A stretch of DNA of 64,000 nucleotides from Ferrithrix thermotolerans DSM 19514. GTDB lineage: Bacteria; Actinomycetota; Acidimicrobiia; Acidimicrobiales; Ilumatobacteraceae. The translations under genes were made by a program, and so were the position numbers. The stretch lies in assembly GCA_945889085.1 (NCBI GenBank), contig CAMDBM010000002.1, forward strand, positions 9,745 through 73,744. The letters are read 5' to 3'. Position 1 is the stretch's first letter; every line of letters begins with the position of its first letter. The notes under the pieces are model-generated. The model searched no databases. It was not told where the DNA came from and was given only the letters and a program-made list of their open reading frames with translations. This document shows positions 30,631-39,243 of this stretch, piece by piece.

Positions 30631-30727
30631 CCGAAGGTCTTTCCCGGCCCAGCTAGCTGGACCCACTGCAACCGGGTGTTTCCACCGTGATGACGACTGC
30701 AATGCGGAGGAATACTCCCCTTCTTGG
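30631..30727 (-). promoter_or_regulatory. yybP-ykoY (Mn2+) riboswitch-like leader
   Basis: The minus-strand RNA reads AGAAGGGGAGUA...AGUCGUCAUCACGGUGGAAACACCCGGUUGCAGUG-GGUCCAGCUAGCUGGGCC-GGGAAAGACCUUCGG. It matches the conserved GGGGAGUA (L1), AGUCGUCA (L3), GAAA-capped hairpin and AAGACCUU 3' strand of the Lactococcus lactis yoaB element, recalled from memory. I could not place a P2 hairpin. Confidence 0.65.
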
Positions 30728-30797
30728 ATGCGGAGTTTACGGCACCCAGAAACACTTTCCACTCATCATCAGCGGGGCTGATGCGTAGGGAGTGTCC

Positions 30798-31238
30798 TCA
30801 AGCGCCGGCTTCGTCCATCGCCTGAGCGAGCGTTGTCCACGCGAGGGTCGCACACTTGATCCTCACGGGGAACTTCACGACGCCCTGCAGTGCCTCGAGG
30901 TCGCCGAGGTTCACGTCCTCCGGTTCCCCGTCCACCTCAAGTCCCATCATGCGGCGGAATGCGTCGAGCACCCGGTGTGCATCGGCGACGGGCTTGCCCT
31001 TCACGGCCTGGGTCATCATCGAGGCAGAGGACTGGCTGATTGAACAGCCCTGACCGCCCACCTTCACGTCCCTCACCACGCCATCCTCGACGAAGAGGTA
31101 CACCTGGATCTCGTCGCCGCACAGCGGATTGTGACCCTGGGCCACGACTGCTGGCGGTGTCTCGAGCGCACCACGGTTCCGCGGGGTGCGGTAGTGGTCG
31201 AGGATGATCTCCCTATAGAGGTCTTCGAGTCCGGGCAC
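30798..31238 (-). CDS. sufU: SUF-type Fe-S scaffold SufU (NifU/IscU-like)
   Basis: LYREIILDHYRTPRN, GHNPLCGDE, GQGCSISQSSASMM and RIKCATLAW. Confidence 0.9.
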   Translation of the reverse strand: MPGLEDLYREIILDHYRTPRNRGALETPPAVVAQGHNPLCGDEIQVYLFVEDGVVRDVKVGGQGCSISQSSASMMTQAVKGKPVADAHRVLDAFRRMMGLEVDGEPEDVNLGDLEALQGVVKFPVRIKCATLAWTTLAQAMDEAGA

Positions 31239-31253
31239 AGCAGGTCCTTTCGA

Positions 31254-32486
31254 TCAGAAACCGAAGATATCGGTGGCCGAGTCGAGGGCGTCCGCCAGTG
31301 CATCGGCGTCGCTCTCGTCGTTGTAGATATAGAAACTCGCCCGGGTGGTGGCGGGTGTACCGAGGATCCGCATGAGCGGCTTGGCGCAGTGGTGGCCGGC
31401 ACGAACGCACACATTCGTCTGGTCCAGCACCTGGCTGACGTCGTGCGGGTGGATGCCGCGGAAATCGAACGACAGGGTTGCCCCGCGAACCTCGATGTTG
31501 TCGGGACCGTAGATGCGGATGTCGTCGCCGAAGCGATCCTTCAGCAGGTTCAGGGCGTACACGGTGAGGTCCATCTCGTGCTGGCGGATCTCGGCCATGC
31601 CGATCGACTCGAGGTACTCGATCGCCGCACCGAGGCCGACTGCCTCGATGATGGCCGGGGTGCCCGCCTCGAACTTGGCGGGCAGTTCGGCGGTGTCGAA
31701 TCCATCGAGACGCACGTCGCTGATCATGTTGCCACCGCCGAGGAAGGGGGGCATGGCGTCCAGCAGTGCTTCGTGGGCCCAGAGGACCCCGATACCAGTC
31801 GGCCCGCACAGCTTGTGCGAGGAGAACGCGAGGAAGTCCGCGCCCATGGCGCTCACGTCGGTGACATGGTGTGGAACGTACTGGCAACCGTCCACGATCG
31901 CGATCGCTCCGGCTGCGTGTGCGGCATCCGTGAGGCGACGCACCGGCGTGATGGTGCCGAGCACGTTGGACATCGCGGTGAAGGAGAAGGCCTTGACCCC
32001 GTCGAGCAGGTGATCAAGATTCGTGAGGTCCAGCTGCCCATCATCGGTGAGCGGCACCCAACGGATGGCGAAACCCTTCTCCGCCTGAAGCATCTGCCAC
32101 GGCACGATGTTGGCGTGATGCTCCATGTGGGTAAGCAGCACTGCGTCATCGCTCGACAGGTTGGCGCGGCCCCATGACTGCACCACGAGGTTGAGCGCCT
32201 CGGTGGCGTTCTTGGTGAAGATGACCTCGTGGGGCTTGCGGGCGTTGATGAATCGCTGTGTGATGGTCCTGGCCTGCTCGTAGCAATCGTTTGACTCGGC
32301 GGCGAGTCGGTACGAACTGCGGTTCACCGGCGCGTACGAATTACGCATGAACCCGGCCATCGCGTCGATGACCTGTCGGGGCTTCTGGGTGGAGTTTGCC
32401 GAGTCCAGGAACACGAGCCGCTTACCGTCGATCATGCGATCGAAGATCGGGAAGTCACCCTTGATCGTTGCGGCGTGCAGGCCCAT
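31254..32486 (-). CDS. sufS: cysteine desulfurase SufS
   Basis: FPIF...VFLDSANSTQKP, PLP lysine SSHKLCGPTGIG, and catalytic Cys RAGHHCAKPL. ATG at 32486. Confidence 0.9.
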   Translation of the reverse strand: MGLHAATIKGDFPIFDRMIDGKRLVFLDSANSTQKPRQVIDAMAGFMRNSYAPVNRSSYRLAAESNDCYEQARTITQRFINARKPHEVIFTKNATEALNLVVQSWGRANLSSDDAVLLTHMEHHANIVPWQMLQAEKGFAIRWVPLTDDGQLDLTNLDHLLDGVKAFSFTAMSNVLGTITPVRRLTDAAHAAGAIAIVDGCQYVPHHVTDVSAMGADFLAFSSHKLCGPTGIGVLWAHEALLDAMPPFLGGGNMISDVRLDGFDTAELPAKFEAGTPAIIEAVGLGAAIEYLESIGMAEIRQHEMDLTVYALNLLKDRFGDDIRIYGPDNIEVRGATLSFDFRGIHPHDVSQVLDQTNVCVRAGHHCAKPLMRILGTPATTRASFYIYNDESDADALADALDSATDIFGF

Positions 32487-32499
32487 GGTGCAGTGTCCC

Positions 32500-33282
32500 T
32501 CAGTCGGCCCCGCGGAAGGCTTCGTAGCCGTCCCGCTCGAGGCGTTCGGCAAGCTCCATGCCGCCGGAGGCAACGATACGACCCGCCACCATGATGTGCA
32601 CGAAGTCCGGCTGTAGCTCGTCGAGCAGGCGCTGGTAGTGCGTGATGAGCAGGATGCCGAGCTGCGAGCGGTCCTTGCGGATCTCACGGATGCCGGTGGC
32701 GACAACCCGCAGCGCGTCGATGTCGAGCCCGGAGTCGGTCTCGTCGAGGATCGCGAGTTCGGGCTCGAGGATGGCCATCTGCATGATCTCGTTGCGCTTC
32801 TTCTCGCCACCGGAGAACCCCTCGTTCAGGTACCGGTCAACGAAGGACGAGTCCATGCCGAGGCGCTTCATCCAGTCCATGGTGGCGAGGCGCAGTTCGA
32901 GCACTGAGAGGTCAAGGCCCTTGCGGGCAGACAGGGCCTGCCGGAGGAACTGGATGACCGAGACACCCTGGATCTCTTGCGGGTACTGGAACGCGAGGAA
33001 CATGCCGCTCTTGGCCCGTACATCGGTGGGCCACTGGGTGACGTCGTCGCCGTCGTACAGGATCCGACCGCTGGTGACCTCGTACGCCGGGTTGCCGAGC
33101 AGCGTGTTGGCGAGGGTGGACTTGCCCGAGCCGTTGGGCCCCATGATGGCGTGCACCTCACCGCGGCGAACCACGAGATCGAGCCCCTTCAGGATGTCGG
33201 CACCGGGGTCGGCGCCCTCCTCGGGTGTCGGTCGGGCATGGAGGTCCTCAATGTGCAGCAGGTCAGCAGCCGTGTCGGTCAC
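32500..33282 (-). CDS. sufC: Fe-S cluster assembly ATPase SufC (canonical-looking copy)
   Basis: GPNGSGKST, FLAFQYPQEIQGVS, FSGGEKKRNEIMQMAILEP, LAILDETDSGLDIDAL and ITHYQRLL. Confidence 0.95.
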   Translation of the reverse strand: MTDTAADLLHIEDLHARPTPEEGADPGADILKGLDLVVRRGEVHAIMGPNGSGKSTLANTLLGNPAYEVTSGRILYDGDDVTQWPTDVRAKSGMFLAFQYPQEIQGVSVIQFLRQALSARKGLDLSVLELRLATMDWMKRLGMDSSFVDRYLNEGFSGGEKKRNEIMQMAILEPELAILDETDSGLDIDALRVVATGIREIRKDRSQLGILLITHYQRLLDELQPDFVHIMVAGRIVASGGMELAERLERDGYEAFRGAD

Positions 33283-33302
33283 GCTTCTCAGTCTATTTCC
33301 GG

Positions 33303-33333
33303 CCCGGGATTTCCACTATCTGCGTAGGGGAAA
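33303..33333 (-). promoter_or_regulatory. shared suf-upstream motif, copy C (upstream of sufC-sufS-sufU)
   Basis: The minus strand reads TTTCCCCTACGCAGATAGTGGAAATCCCGGG and ends 20 nt before the GTG start at 33282. It combines the 5' half seen in copy B and the 3' half seen in copy A. Confidence 0.45.
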
Positions 33334-33354
33334 CGTCTGGGGGCGTGCGGCGGG

Positions 33355-34416
33355 TCAGTTCCCGGAGCGCAGACGGGACCAGAGTGCCCGGTAGGAGGGG
33401 TATTCGAGCGCTTCGCTGACGTAGCCGGCCTCCACCAGCGCCAGGTGGTAGCGCGGGAGATTCCTGAATGGCACGCCGCTGTCGACGTGGTGGGCGAGGT
33501 GCCAGCCGATGCGGTACGGCACGAGGGCGAAGCGAGCGAACAAGTGCTGGCGGACCGAGTGGGTGGTTTCCCGGCGGTCCTCCGACGCCCGCAGTCCGCC
33601 GTGCTCGGCGATGGAACGCAGACGGTTGATGACCCGCCACACCGTGAGGTAGGGCAGCAGCCAGAGCAGCGGGTACATGAGCGGGTGCCCGAACAAGGTC
33701 ATCAGCACCGCGAGCCCGATCTGCACGAGCACGATCTTCAGGAACGTGAGGCGCACCCGTCGGTCCGCGTTGCGCAATCCGTTGCGCCACTGGCCGACGA
33801 GAAGTTTCAGCCCCGTGGAACCGCGTGCATCGCGCCACAGCTTGCGGCGGAATGACGAAGGGCTGACGGGGTAGCCGCGGTAGAGCGGGATGTCTGGCTC
33901 GTCAGGGCCGAACTCCTGGCGGTGGTGCGCCATGTGCACGCGACGGTAGGCGTCGGTGGACGTCCAGGCCGGGAAGCCGAGTATCCATCTGCCGACAACG
34001 TCGTTGGCCGCCTTGTTGCTGAACAGCAGGCGGTGCGCGGCCTCGTGCATGAGCGACGCGAACTGCGCGTTGGTGCGCCCGAGCAGCAATACGGCGACGA
34101 TCCATGCGGCCGGCCACCACGCCCACTGCGTCGTCCATGCTGAGGCCCACAGGATCGCGAGTGTCTGCACGTAGACGGAGAGGACCGAGAGCGCGTTGCG
34201 CAGGTTCGGGATGCGGCGCAGTTCCTCGCGGAAGGCCGGCGTGGTGCGTCCGTCGGGACGGATGAGCGCGGTCTCGTGCGCAGGAGCCAACAGCTTCGGC
34301 TCGGGAACCATCGTCGCGACCACGTCGAGAACGTACTCCGCTCGGTGTGGCGCTTGTGCCTTGGTGTGCGGCGCGGTGGCAGGATAGGCCGATGGATCAC
34401 CAGCAGAACTGCGCAA
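33355..34416 (-). CDS. fatty acid desaturase family membrane protein
   Basis: Three His boxes HEAAHR, HMAHHRQ and HLAHH. The start is uncertain (34416 or ATG 34311). Confidence 0.85.
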   Translation of the reverse strand: MRSSAGDPSAYPATAPHTKAQAPHRAEYVLDVVATMVPEPKLLAPAHETALIRPDGRTTPAFREELRRIPNLRNALSVLSVYVQTLAILWASAWTTQWAWWPAAWIVAVLLLGRTNAQFASLMHEAAHRLLFSNKAANDVVGRWILGFPAWTSTDAYRRVHMAHHRQEFGPDEPDIPLYRGYPVSPSSFRRKLWRDARGSTGLKLLVGQWRNGLRNADRRVRLTFLKIVLVQIGLAVLMTLFGHPLMYPLLWLLPYLTVWRVINRLRSIAEHGGLRASEDRRETTHSVRQHLFARFALVPYRIGWHLAHHVDSGVPFRNLPRYHLALVEAGYVSEALEYPSYRALWSRLRSGN

Positions 34417-35123
34417 TCGCCGCCACGCTCATCGATCGCATGGCAGGGCTGCTGAGCGAGGCAGACCTGTCGACCCCGGTCCCCACGTGTCCGGGATGGG
34501 ATCTCGCACGGTTGATCACCCACGTGGGCGGCATTCACCGTTGGGCGGTCCAGTTGGTGGAGGCCCGGGCCCAGGAGCGGGTCGCACCTACCAAGGGCGA
34601 ACGCGGCGACGATCTTGTTGCGTGGCTGGCGGCAGGTGCCCTCCCCGTTGCCGGTCTCGTCACTGCGGACCCGAACGACCGCATGTGGTCGTGGGGCAAG
34701 GAGCAGACGGTGGGCTTCTGGACCCGACGCCTCGTCCACGAGACAGCCGTGCACTACGCGGATGCGGCGATCGCGCTCGGTGTTGAGCCGCAGATCGAGG
34801 CACCCATCGCCGTTGACGGCATTGACGAGAGCCTCGGGAATCTTCCGTTCGCTACATGGTCGCCCACGGTCGCCAACCTGCGCGGCACCGATTCCATCCA
34901 CCTGCACGGCACCGACACCGAGGGTGCCGAGTGGATGATCCAGATGAACGACAGCGGCTACACGTTCGATCATTCGCACGGCAAGGGATCGGTTGCGGTA
35001 CGCGGTGCAGCGGTGGACCTCTACCTGCTGCTGCAGGGCCGTCGTTCGCTCGACAGCGATCGGTTCGAGACGTTCGGCGACCGAGCGGTCATCGAGTTCT
35101 GGCTGGCGAACGCATCGACGTGA
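34392..35123 (+). CDS. maleylpyruvate isomerase family mycothiol-dependent enzyme (MDMPI_N / DinB-like)
   Basis: CPGWDLARLITHVGGIHRWA is typical of the actinobacterial TIGR03083-type N-terminal domain. Confidence 0.8.
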   Translation: MDHQQNCAIAATLIDRMAGLLSEADLSTPVPTCPGWDLARLITHVGGIHRWAVQLVEARAQERVAPTKGERGDDLVAWLAAGALPVAGLVTADPNDRMWSWGKEQTVGFWTRRLVHETAVHYADAAIALGVEPQIEAPIAVDGIDESLGNLPFATWSPTVANLRGTDSIHLHGTDTEGAEWMIQMNDSGYTFDHSHGKGSVAVRGAAVDLYLLLQGRRSLDSDRFETFGDRAVIEFWLANAST

Positions 35124-36566
35124 TCAGCTGCGCTCGGCGCGCAAGGCGGAGCGGCGCACCTTGCCGGCGTCGTCCCGCACGGCCTCGCTCGTGTACTCGA
35201 ACGTGCGCGGGATCTTGTAGCGCACGAGTCGCTCGGCGAGGAACGTACGCAGTTCGTTGTCGGTAACGGGGCAGACCGCCTGCACGATGGCATGGATGCG
35301 GTTGCCGAGGTCGTCATCGGGAATGCCAACCACGGCGCACGAGCGCACGGCGGGGTGCTCGTCGATGGCAGCCTCCACCTCGGCCGGGTAGATGTTGGCA
35401 CCACCCGAGAGGATCATGTCGCTCCTGCGGTCGCCGAGATACAGGTAACCCTCCCCGTCGAAATGGCCCATGTCGCCAAGGCTCTCCCAGCCGTCGGGTG
35501 AGAGGCGTGCATCAGCGCCCACGTACCGGTAGGTCGGGTTGGCCGACAGCGAGCGCATGAACACCTCGCCCTCGTTGCCGATGGGCACCTCCACGAAGGT
35601 CTCCGGGTCGAGAACCTTCATTTCGCCGACGAGACAGCGACCGACCGAACCCCTGTGTGTGAGCCACTCATCGCCACGGATGATGGTGATCGCCTGTGCC
35701 TCGGTGCCGGCGTACAGCTCCCAGATCCTCTCGCCGCCGAGCCATTCGATCCACGCCTGCTTCAGCCACGGCGGGCACGGCGCCGCCATGTGCCACACGG
35801 TTTCGAGCGACGAGAGGTCGTAGCGATTACGCACGTCGTCGGGCAGGCGCCAGATGCGCAGCATCATCGTTGGCACGAGCAACAACCAGTCGGCTCTGTG
35901 GCGCTGAATCTCGGCAAGGGTGCTCTCGGCATCGAACTTCTCGAGGATGCTGATGTGATTGCCGTGGAATAGCGCCTGCGTGGAGAAGCCGAACGGAGCG
36001 TTGTGATACAGCGGCCCTGGCACGCACACGCTGCCGTCCACCTTGATGCCCTGCGCTGTCTGACCTTCGTTCACCACACCGGGGTCGCCCGACACGATGA
36101 GTTTGGGGCGACCGGTGGAGCCACCCGATGTCGGCGCCTTCCACGTGGGCGACACAGCATCGGGTAGCTCGGTGTCCGCGTACTTGCTCTCTGGCTCCCA
36201 ACCGACCGGGATCACGGTGAAGCCCGGGTGCTTTGCTGGATCGGCACCGACAACGAGTGCGGGTTGTGCAAGGTCGACGATCGCCTGGCGCTCGCGATCG
36301 GGGAGACGGTGCGAGATGGGCTGCGGCACTGCACCGAGTTTCCATGCGGCAGTCGCGGCCTCATAGAACGCAATCGAATTAGGAAGGCCGATGGTGACGT
36401 AGCTGCCGGCCGTCACGCCCAGGTCCGCAAAGGCTCGGGCCAAGCGATTAGTCCGGAGATCGAGGTCGCGGCGAGTAATGGTGCGTTCACCACAGGTGAT
36501 CGCCGGCCGGTGAGGGTCCGCGGCGGCTTTGGAGCTGATTGCACGACTGATCGAGAGCTGTCCCAT
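35124..36566 (-). CDS. AMP-binding acyl-CoA synthetase / ligase
   Basis: Adenylation motif PTSGGSTGRPKLIV, YAGTE, and the C-terminal lysine region GKVRRSAL. Its stop abuts the convergent gene stop (TGATCA). Confidence 0.85.
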   Translation of the reverse strand: MGQLSISRAISSKAAADPHRPAITCGERTITRRDLDLRTNRLARAFADLGVTAGSYVTIGLPNSIAFYEAATAAWKLGAVPQPISHRLPDRERQAIVDLAQPALVVGADPAKHPGFTVIPVGWEPESKYADTELPDAVSPTWKAPTSGGSTGRPKLIVSGDPGVVNEGQTAQGIKVDGSVCVPGPLYHNAPFGFSTQALFHGNHISILEKFDAESTLAEIQRHRADWLLLVPTMMLRIWRLPDDVRNRYDLSSLETVWHMAAPCPPWLKQAWIEWLGGERIWELYAGTEAQAITIIRGDEWLTHRGSVGRCLVGEMKVLDPETFVEVPIGNEGEVFMRSLSANPTYRYVGADARLSPDGWESLGDMGHFDGEGYLYLGDRRSDMILSGGANIYPAEVEAAIDEHPAVRSCAVVGIPDDDLGNRIHAIVQAVCPVTDNELRTFLAERLVRYKIPRTFEYTSEAVRDDAGKVRRSALRAERS

Positions 36567-36640
36567 GGGCGGGGGACTGTACTCGTTTCCTCTGCTCACG
36601 GACCGTGACCAGATCGTCACAAAAATCTTCCCGCCAGATA

Positions 36641-36669
36641 TTGCCAGAGCGTGGTGGACCGACTACAGT
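36641..36669 (+). promoter_or_regulatory. candidate housekeeping-sigma promoter for the pilin gene
   Basis: TTGCCA-N17-TACAGT, about 80 nt upstream of pilin ATG 36752. Confidence 0.35.
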
Positions 36670-36751
36670 ACGTAGCAGTCAAGGGACACCGTCAGCGTCT
36701 CGTGGACCGAGGGTGGCAACTCCGCCACTCAACAAGTTGGAGGGAACTTAC

Positions 36752-37099
36752 ATGGACCGCAAAGCACTCATCGCCAAGAAGCGCAAGGACAAGGGCTTCA
36801 CGCTCATCGAATTGCTCATCGTCATCGCCATCCTCGGCATCCTCAGCACCATCGTCGTGCTGTCGGTCCGTGGTATCCAGGACCGTGGCCAGTCGTCTGC
36901 CTGCTCCAGCGACAAGAAGTCGCTCGAGACCTCTTACGAGACGGCTCTCGCCAACGGCCTCGACCTGACCACCCCGGTCGCCGCCGACGTGTCCAGCTCG
37001 CTGGTCGCCAACGGCTACCTGCACGCCGAGTCGGCCTGGTACAACGTCGGCTCAGACGGATCCGTGACTGTCAAGACGGGCGTCACGGCCTGCACCTGA
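36752..37099 (+). CDS. type IV (major) pilin with prepilin-type N-terminal cleavage/methylation motif
   Basis: GGAGGG RBS and leader MDRKALIAKKRKDKG|FTLIELLIVIAILGIL (class III signal peptide, E5). 115 aa, with a Cys pair. Confidence 0.85.
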   Translation: MDRKALIAKKRKDKGFTLIELLIVIAILGILSTIVVLSVRGIQDRGQSSACSSDKKSLETSYETALANGLDLTTPVAADVSSSLVANGYLHAESAWYNVGSDGSVTVKTGVTACT

Positions 37100-37125
37100 T
37101 GCACTGACGCAGCGACTTCGCTGAT

Positions 37126-37162
37126 GGGGGCCGGACCGCTTGGTCCGGCCCCCATTCGTTTT
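37126..37162 (+). terminator. intrinsic terminator after the pilin gene
   Basis: GGGGGCCGGACC-GCTT-GGTCCGGCCCCC (12-bp perfect stem, tetraloop) followed by ATTCGTTTT. Confidence 0.8.
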
Positions 37163-37217
37163 GGCCCCGTCACCCGCCTGCATGGTCTGCAGTGTGTGAG
37201 GGTGTGAGGGTGTGTCG

Positions 37218-37934
37218 TCAGCGCACGAGTTCGATACGGCGGCCTTGATCGTCCCATTGAGGGTCCTGAGGAAGCCGGGTGATTGCTTTGCCGGCGATCC
37301 TGCGGGCTGTCCAGAGCAAGGCTGCTGCGTTGAGGAGATGACGGAGCGAACTACCTCGAGGTGGCTGGGCCATCGCAAGCGCACGCAGTCCCGGAAGGCG
37401 GTCCTGGAGCAGGGCCAAGCGTTCCGCCGGACCATCGCTCCAGAAACTTGAAGTGGACGCGGCTCGGTCGGCGTTGAGGAGCAGGATGCTGAGGTCGGGG
37501 TTCCCGGAAAATATCCGGCGCTGGTGATACGCCTGAACCTCGGTGTCAACCTCGCGGATCCACCGGAAGCGTCGGTAGGCGAGCGGGGTCAGCCATGGCT
37601 CGAGCGCCTGCGCCTTTGTCATATTGGGCGCGTACAGGGCATCCCGGCTCGGCACCCGTGGGATCGCGATGCGTTGGGGCCAGCCCAACAGGTCCCGGGC
37701 ATCGTGGTCGCACGAGCGGTATCCCCCGAACGGTTTGTCCGGGAGGCCGATCGGTGCGTCGATCACGATGTAGAGGAACGACGGGCGATAGTCGATCACG
37801 TCGGCAAGCGACTCGAGGACAAAGGGCTCCTCGGGCACGATCGTGGCGGTGAAGAGTCGGGCCGGCTGGACCAACCATCCGCCCGGACACGGCACCACAC
37901 CGGCGAGCGGTTTGTAGGGGAGCGGCGGAGGCAT
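37218..37934 (-). CDS. DUF429-like protein (predicted RNase H-fold)
   Basis: VVPCPGGWLV...VIDAPIGLP...YRSCDHDARDLLG resembles the DUF429 pattern. It starts 20 nt after the pilT stop on the same strand. Confidence 0.55.
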   Translation of the reverse strand: MPPPLPYKPLAGVVPCPGGWLVQPARLFTATIVPEEPFVLESLADVIDYRPSFLYIVIDAPIGLPDKPFGGYRSCDHDARDLLGWPQRIAIPRVPSRDALYAPNMTKAQALEPWLTPLAYRRFRWIREVDTEVQAYHQRRIFSGNPDLSILLLNADRAASTSSFWSDGPAERLALLQDRLPGLRALAMAQPPRGSSLRHLLNAAALLWTARRIAGKAITRLPQDPQWDDQGRRIELVR

Positions 37935-37954
37935 GTCGGGTCAGGGGCGCTCGG

Positions 37955-39220
37955 TCAGCGCCGGCCGCCGAGGGGCACCTGACCCGCCCGCGCGAACCGG
38001 GGGTCCTGGATCTCCTTCGGGTACTGGCTCAGGCTGATCGCCTCTTCATAGGTGATGAGCCCGGCGCTCAGCACCGCGTTGATCGAGGACTCGAGCGTCT
38101 GCATGCCCTCGGCGGCACAGGTGGCAATCACGTTGCGGATCTGGCGAGTCTTTCCCTCACGGATGAGGTTGCGCACGGCGTCGTTGGCGAGCAGCACCTC
38201 GTACGCGCCGACACGGCCCTTCCCGATCCGCTTGGCGAGCCGCTGGCTCACGACGCCCTGAAGCACCGAGGACAACTGCGTCTGGATCTGGTCCCGGCGC
38301 TCGGCCGGGTAGGAGTCAACGATGCGGTCGATGGCCTGGGCGGCATCGTTGGTGTGCAGCGTGGCGAAAACGAGGTGACCGGTCTCGGCGAGGGTGAGGG
38401 TGATCGAGATCGACTCGAGATCCCGCATTTCGCCGAGGAGGATGACATCCGGGTCCTCGCGCAGCGCCGCACGCAGCCCATCCTCGAAGGTGCGCACGTC
38501 GGTGCCAACCTCGCGCTGGCTGACAAGGGCAGTGCTGTGGCGGTGCACGTACTCCACTGGGTCCTCGATCGTCAGGATGTGACACGGACGGTTCTGGGCG
38601 ATGCGGGAGATCAGAGCGGCTTGGGTCGTGGATTTACCCGAACCCGTCGGCCCCACGAACAGTACGAGACCGTACGGAAAGTTCATCACCCGCTGGACAC
38701 CGGCCGGAACGCCCAATTCCTCGAGCGTGGGGATGTAGCTCTGGATGGCGCGAAAGACCGCAGAGGGGTAGCCGCGCTGGTGGAACGCGTTGACACGAAA
38801 GCGCGAATCGTCGTCGAGCGCTACCGAGTAGTCCACCTGACGATCGTCGATGAACCGCGTCCAGAGCTCGTCGTTGAGCGAGGAGCGCAGCATTCGGTTG
38901 AGGCGGTCTGCGTCCATGGGCGGCTCGCCCTCGATAGGGAGCAGCGTCCCGTCGATGCGTGCCGAGGGAGGAACCTCAACGGTGAGGTGGAGGTCCGAGC
39001 CGCGGTTGGCGATGAGGTAGTTGAGCAGCCGCTCCAGTTCGGGGTCCAGTTGGTCGCCCGTTGGGGCCAACGACGGCTTGGGGGGTGTCCAGCTGTCGAG
39101 GGAACGATCCGGCTGCGGGGTGCCCGCGGCTGCCCGGTAGAGCAGCGAGAAGTCGTCCTCGGGCGCGTCGACAATAGGTCGGCCCGGCTGATGGGCGTGG
39201 GGTTGTCCGTCAGCGTTCAT
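37955..39220 (-). CDS. pilT: type IV pilus retraction ATPase PilT (with a ~65-aa N-terminal extension)
   Basis: AGGAG RBS, SDLHL, Walker A GPTGSGKSTT, Asp box, Walker B ILLGEMRD, and His box ATLHTNDA. Confidence 0.9.
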   Translation of the reverse strand: MNADGQPHAHQPGRPIVDAPEDDFSLLYRAAAGTPQPDRSLDSWTPPKPSLAPTGDQLDPELERLLNYLIANRGSDLHLTVEVPPSARIDGTLLPIEGEPPMDADRLNRMLRSSLNDELWTRFIDDRQVDYSVALDDDSRFRVNAFHQRGYPSAVFRAIQSYIPTLEELGVPAGVQRVMNFPYGLVLFVGPTGSGKSTTQAALISRIAQNRPCHILTIEDPVEYVHRHSTALVSQREVGTDVRTFEDGLRAALREDPDVILLGEMRDLESISITLTLAETGHLVFATLHTNDAAQAIDRIVDSYPAERRDQIQTQLSSVLQGVVSQRLAKRIGKGRVGAYEVLLANDAVRNLIREGKTRQIRNVIATCAAEGMQTLESSINAVLSAGLITYEEAISLSQYPKEIQDPRFARAGQVPLGGRR

Positions 39221-39243
39221 CAATACTCCTAGGCTGCATTGCA

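Noticed and set aside
28563-30656. 697-aa ORF antisense to the P-type ATPase
   Set aside because: This is a Ser/Thr/Ala/Arg-rich shadow ORF. The opposite strand carries every diagnostic P-type ATPase motif.
30636-30766. TTTCC-containing words in the ATPase leader that resemble the suf upstream motif (GTCTTTCCCGGCCC, GTTTCCAC, CTTTCCACT)
   Set aside because: Most of these words fall inside helices and loops of the yybP-ykoY-like riboswitch when read on the transcribed strand. The resemblance to the suf motif is short, so I treat it as coincidental.
36670-36751. A c-di-GMP riboswitch in the pilin 5' UTR
   Set aside because: I could find no GEMM-I or GEMM-II conserved segments, and the leader is short (about 80 nt).
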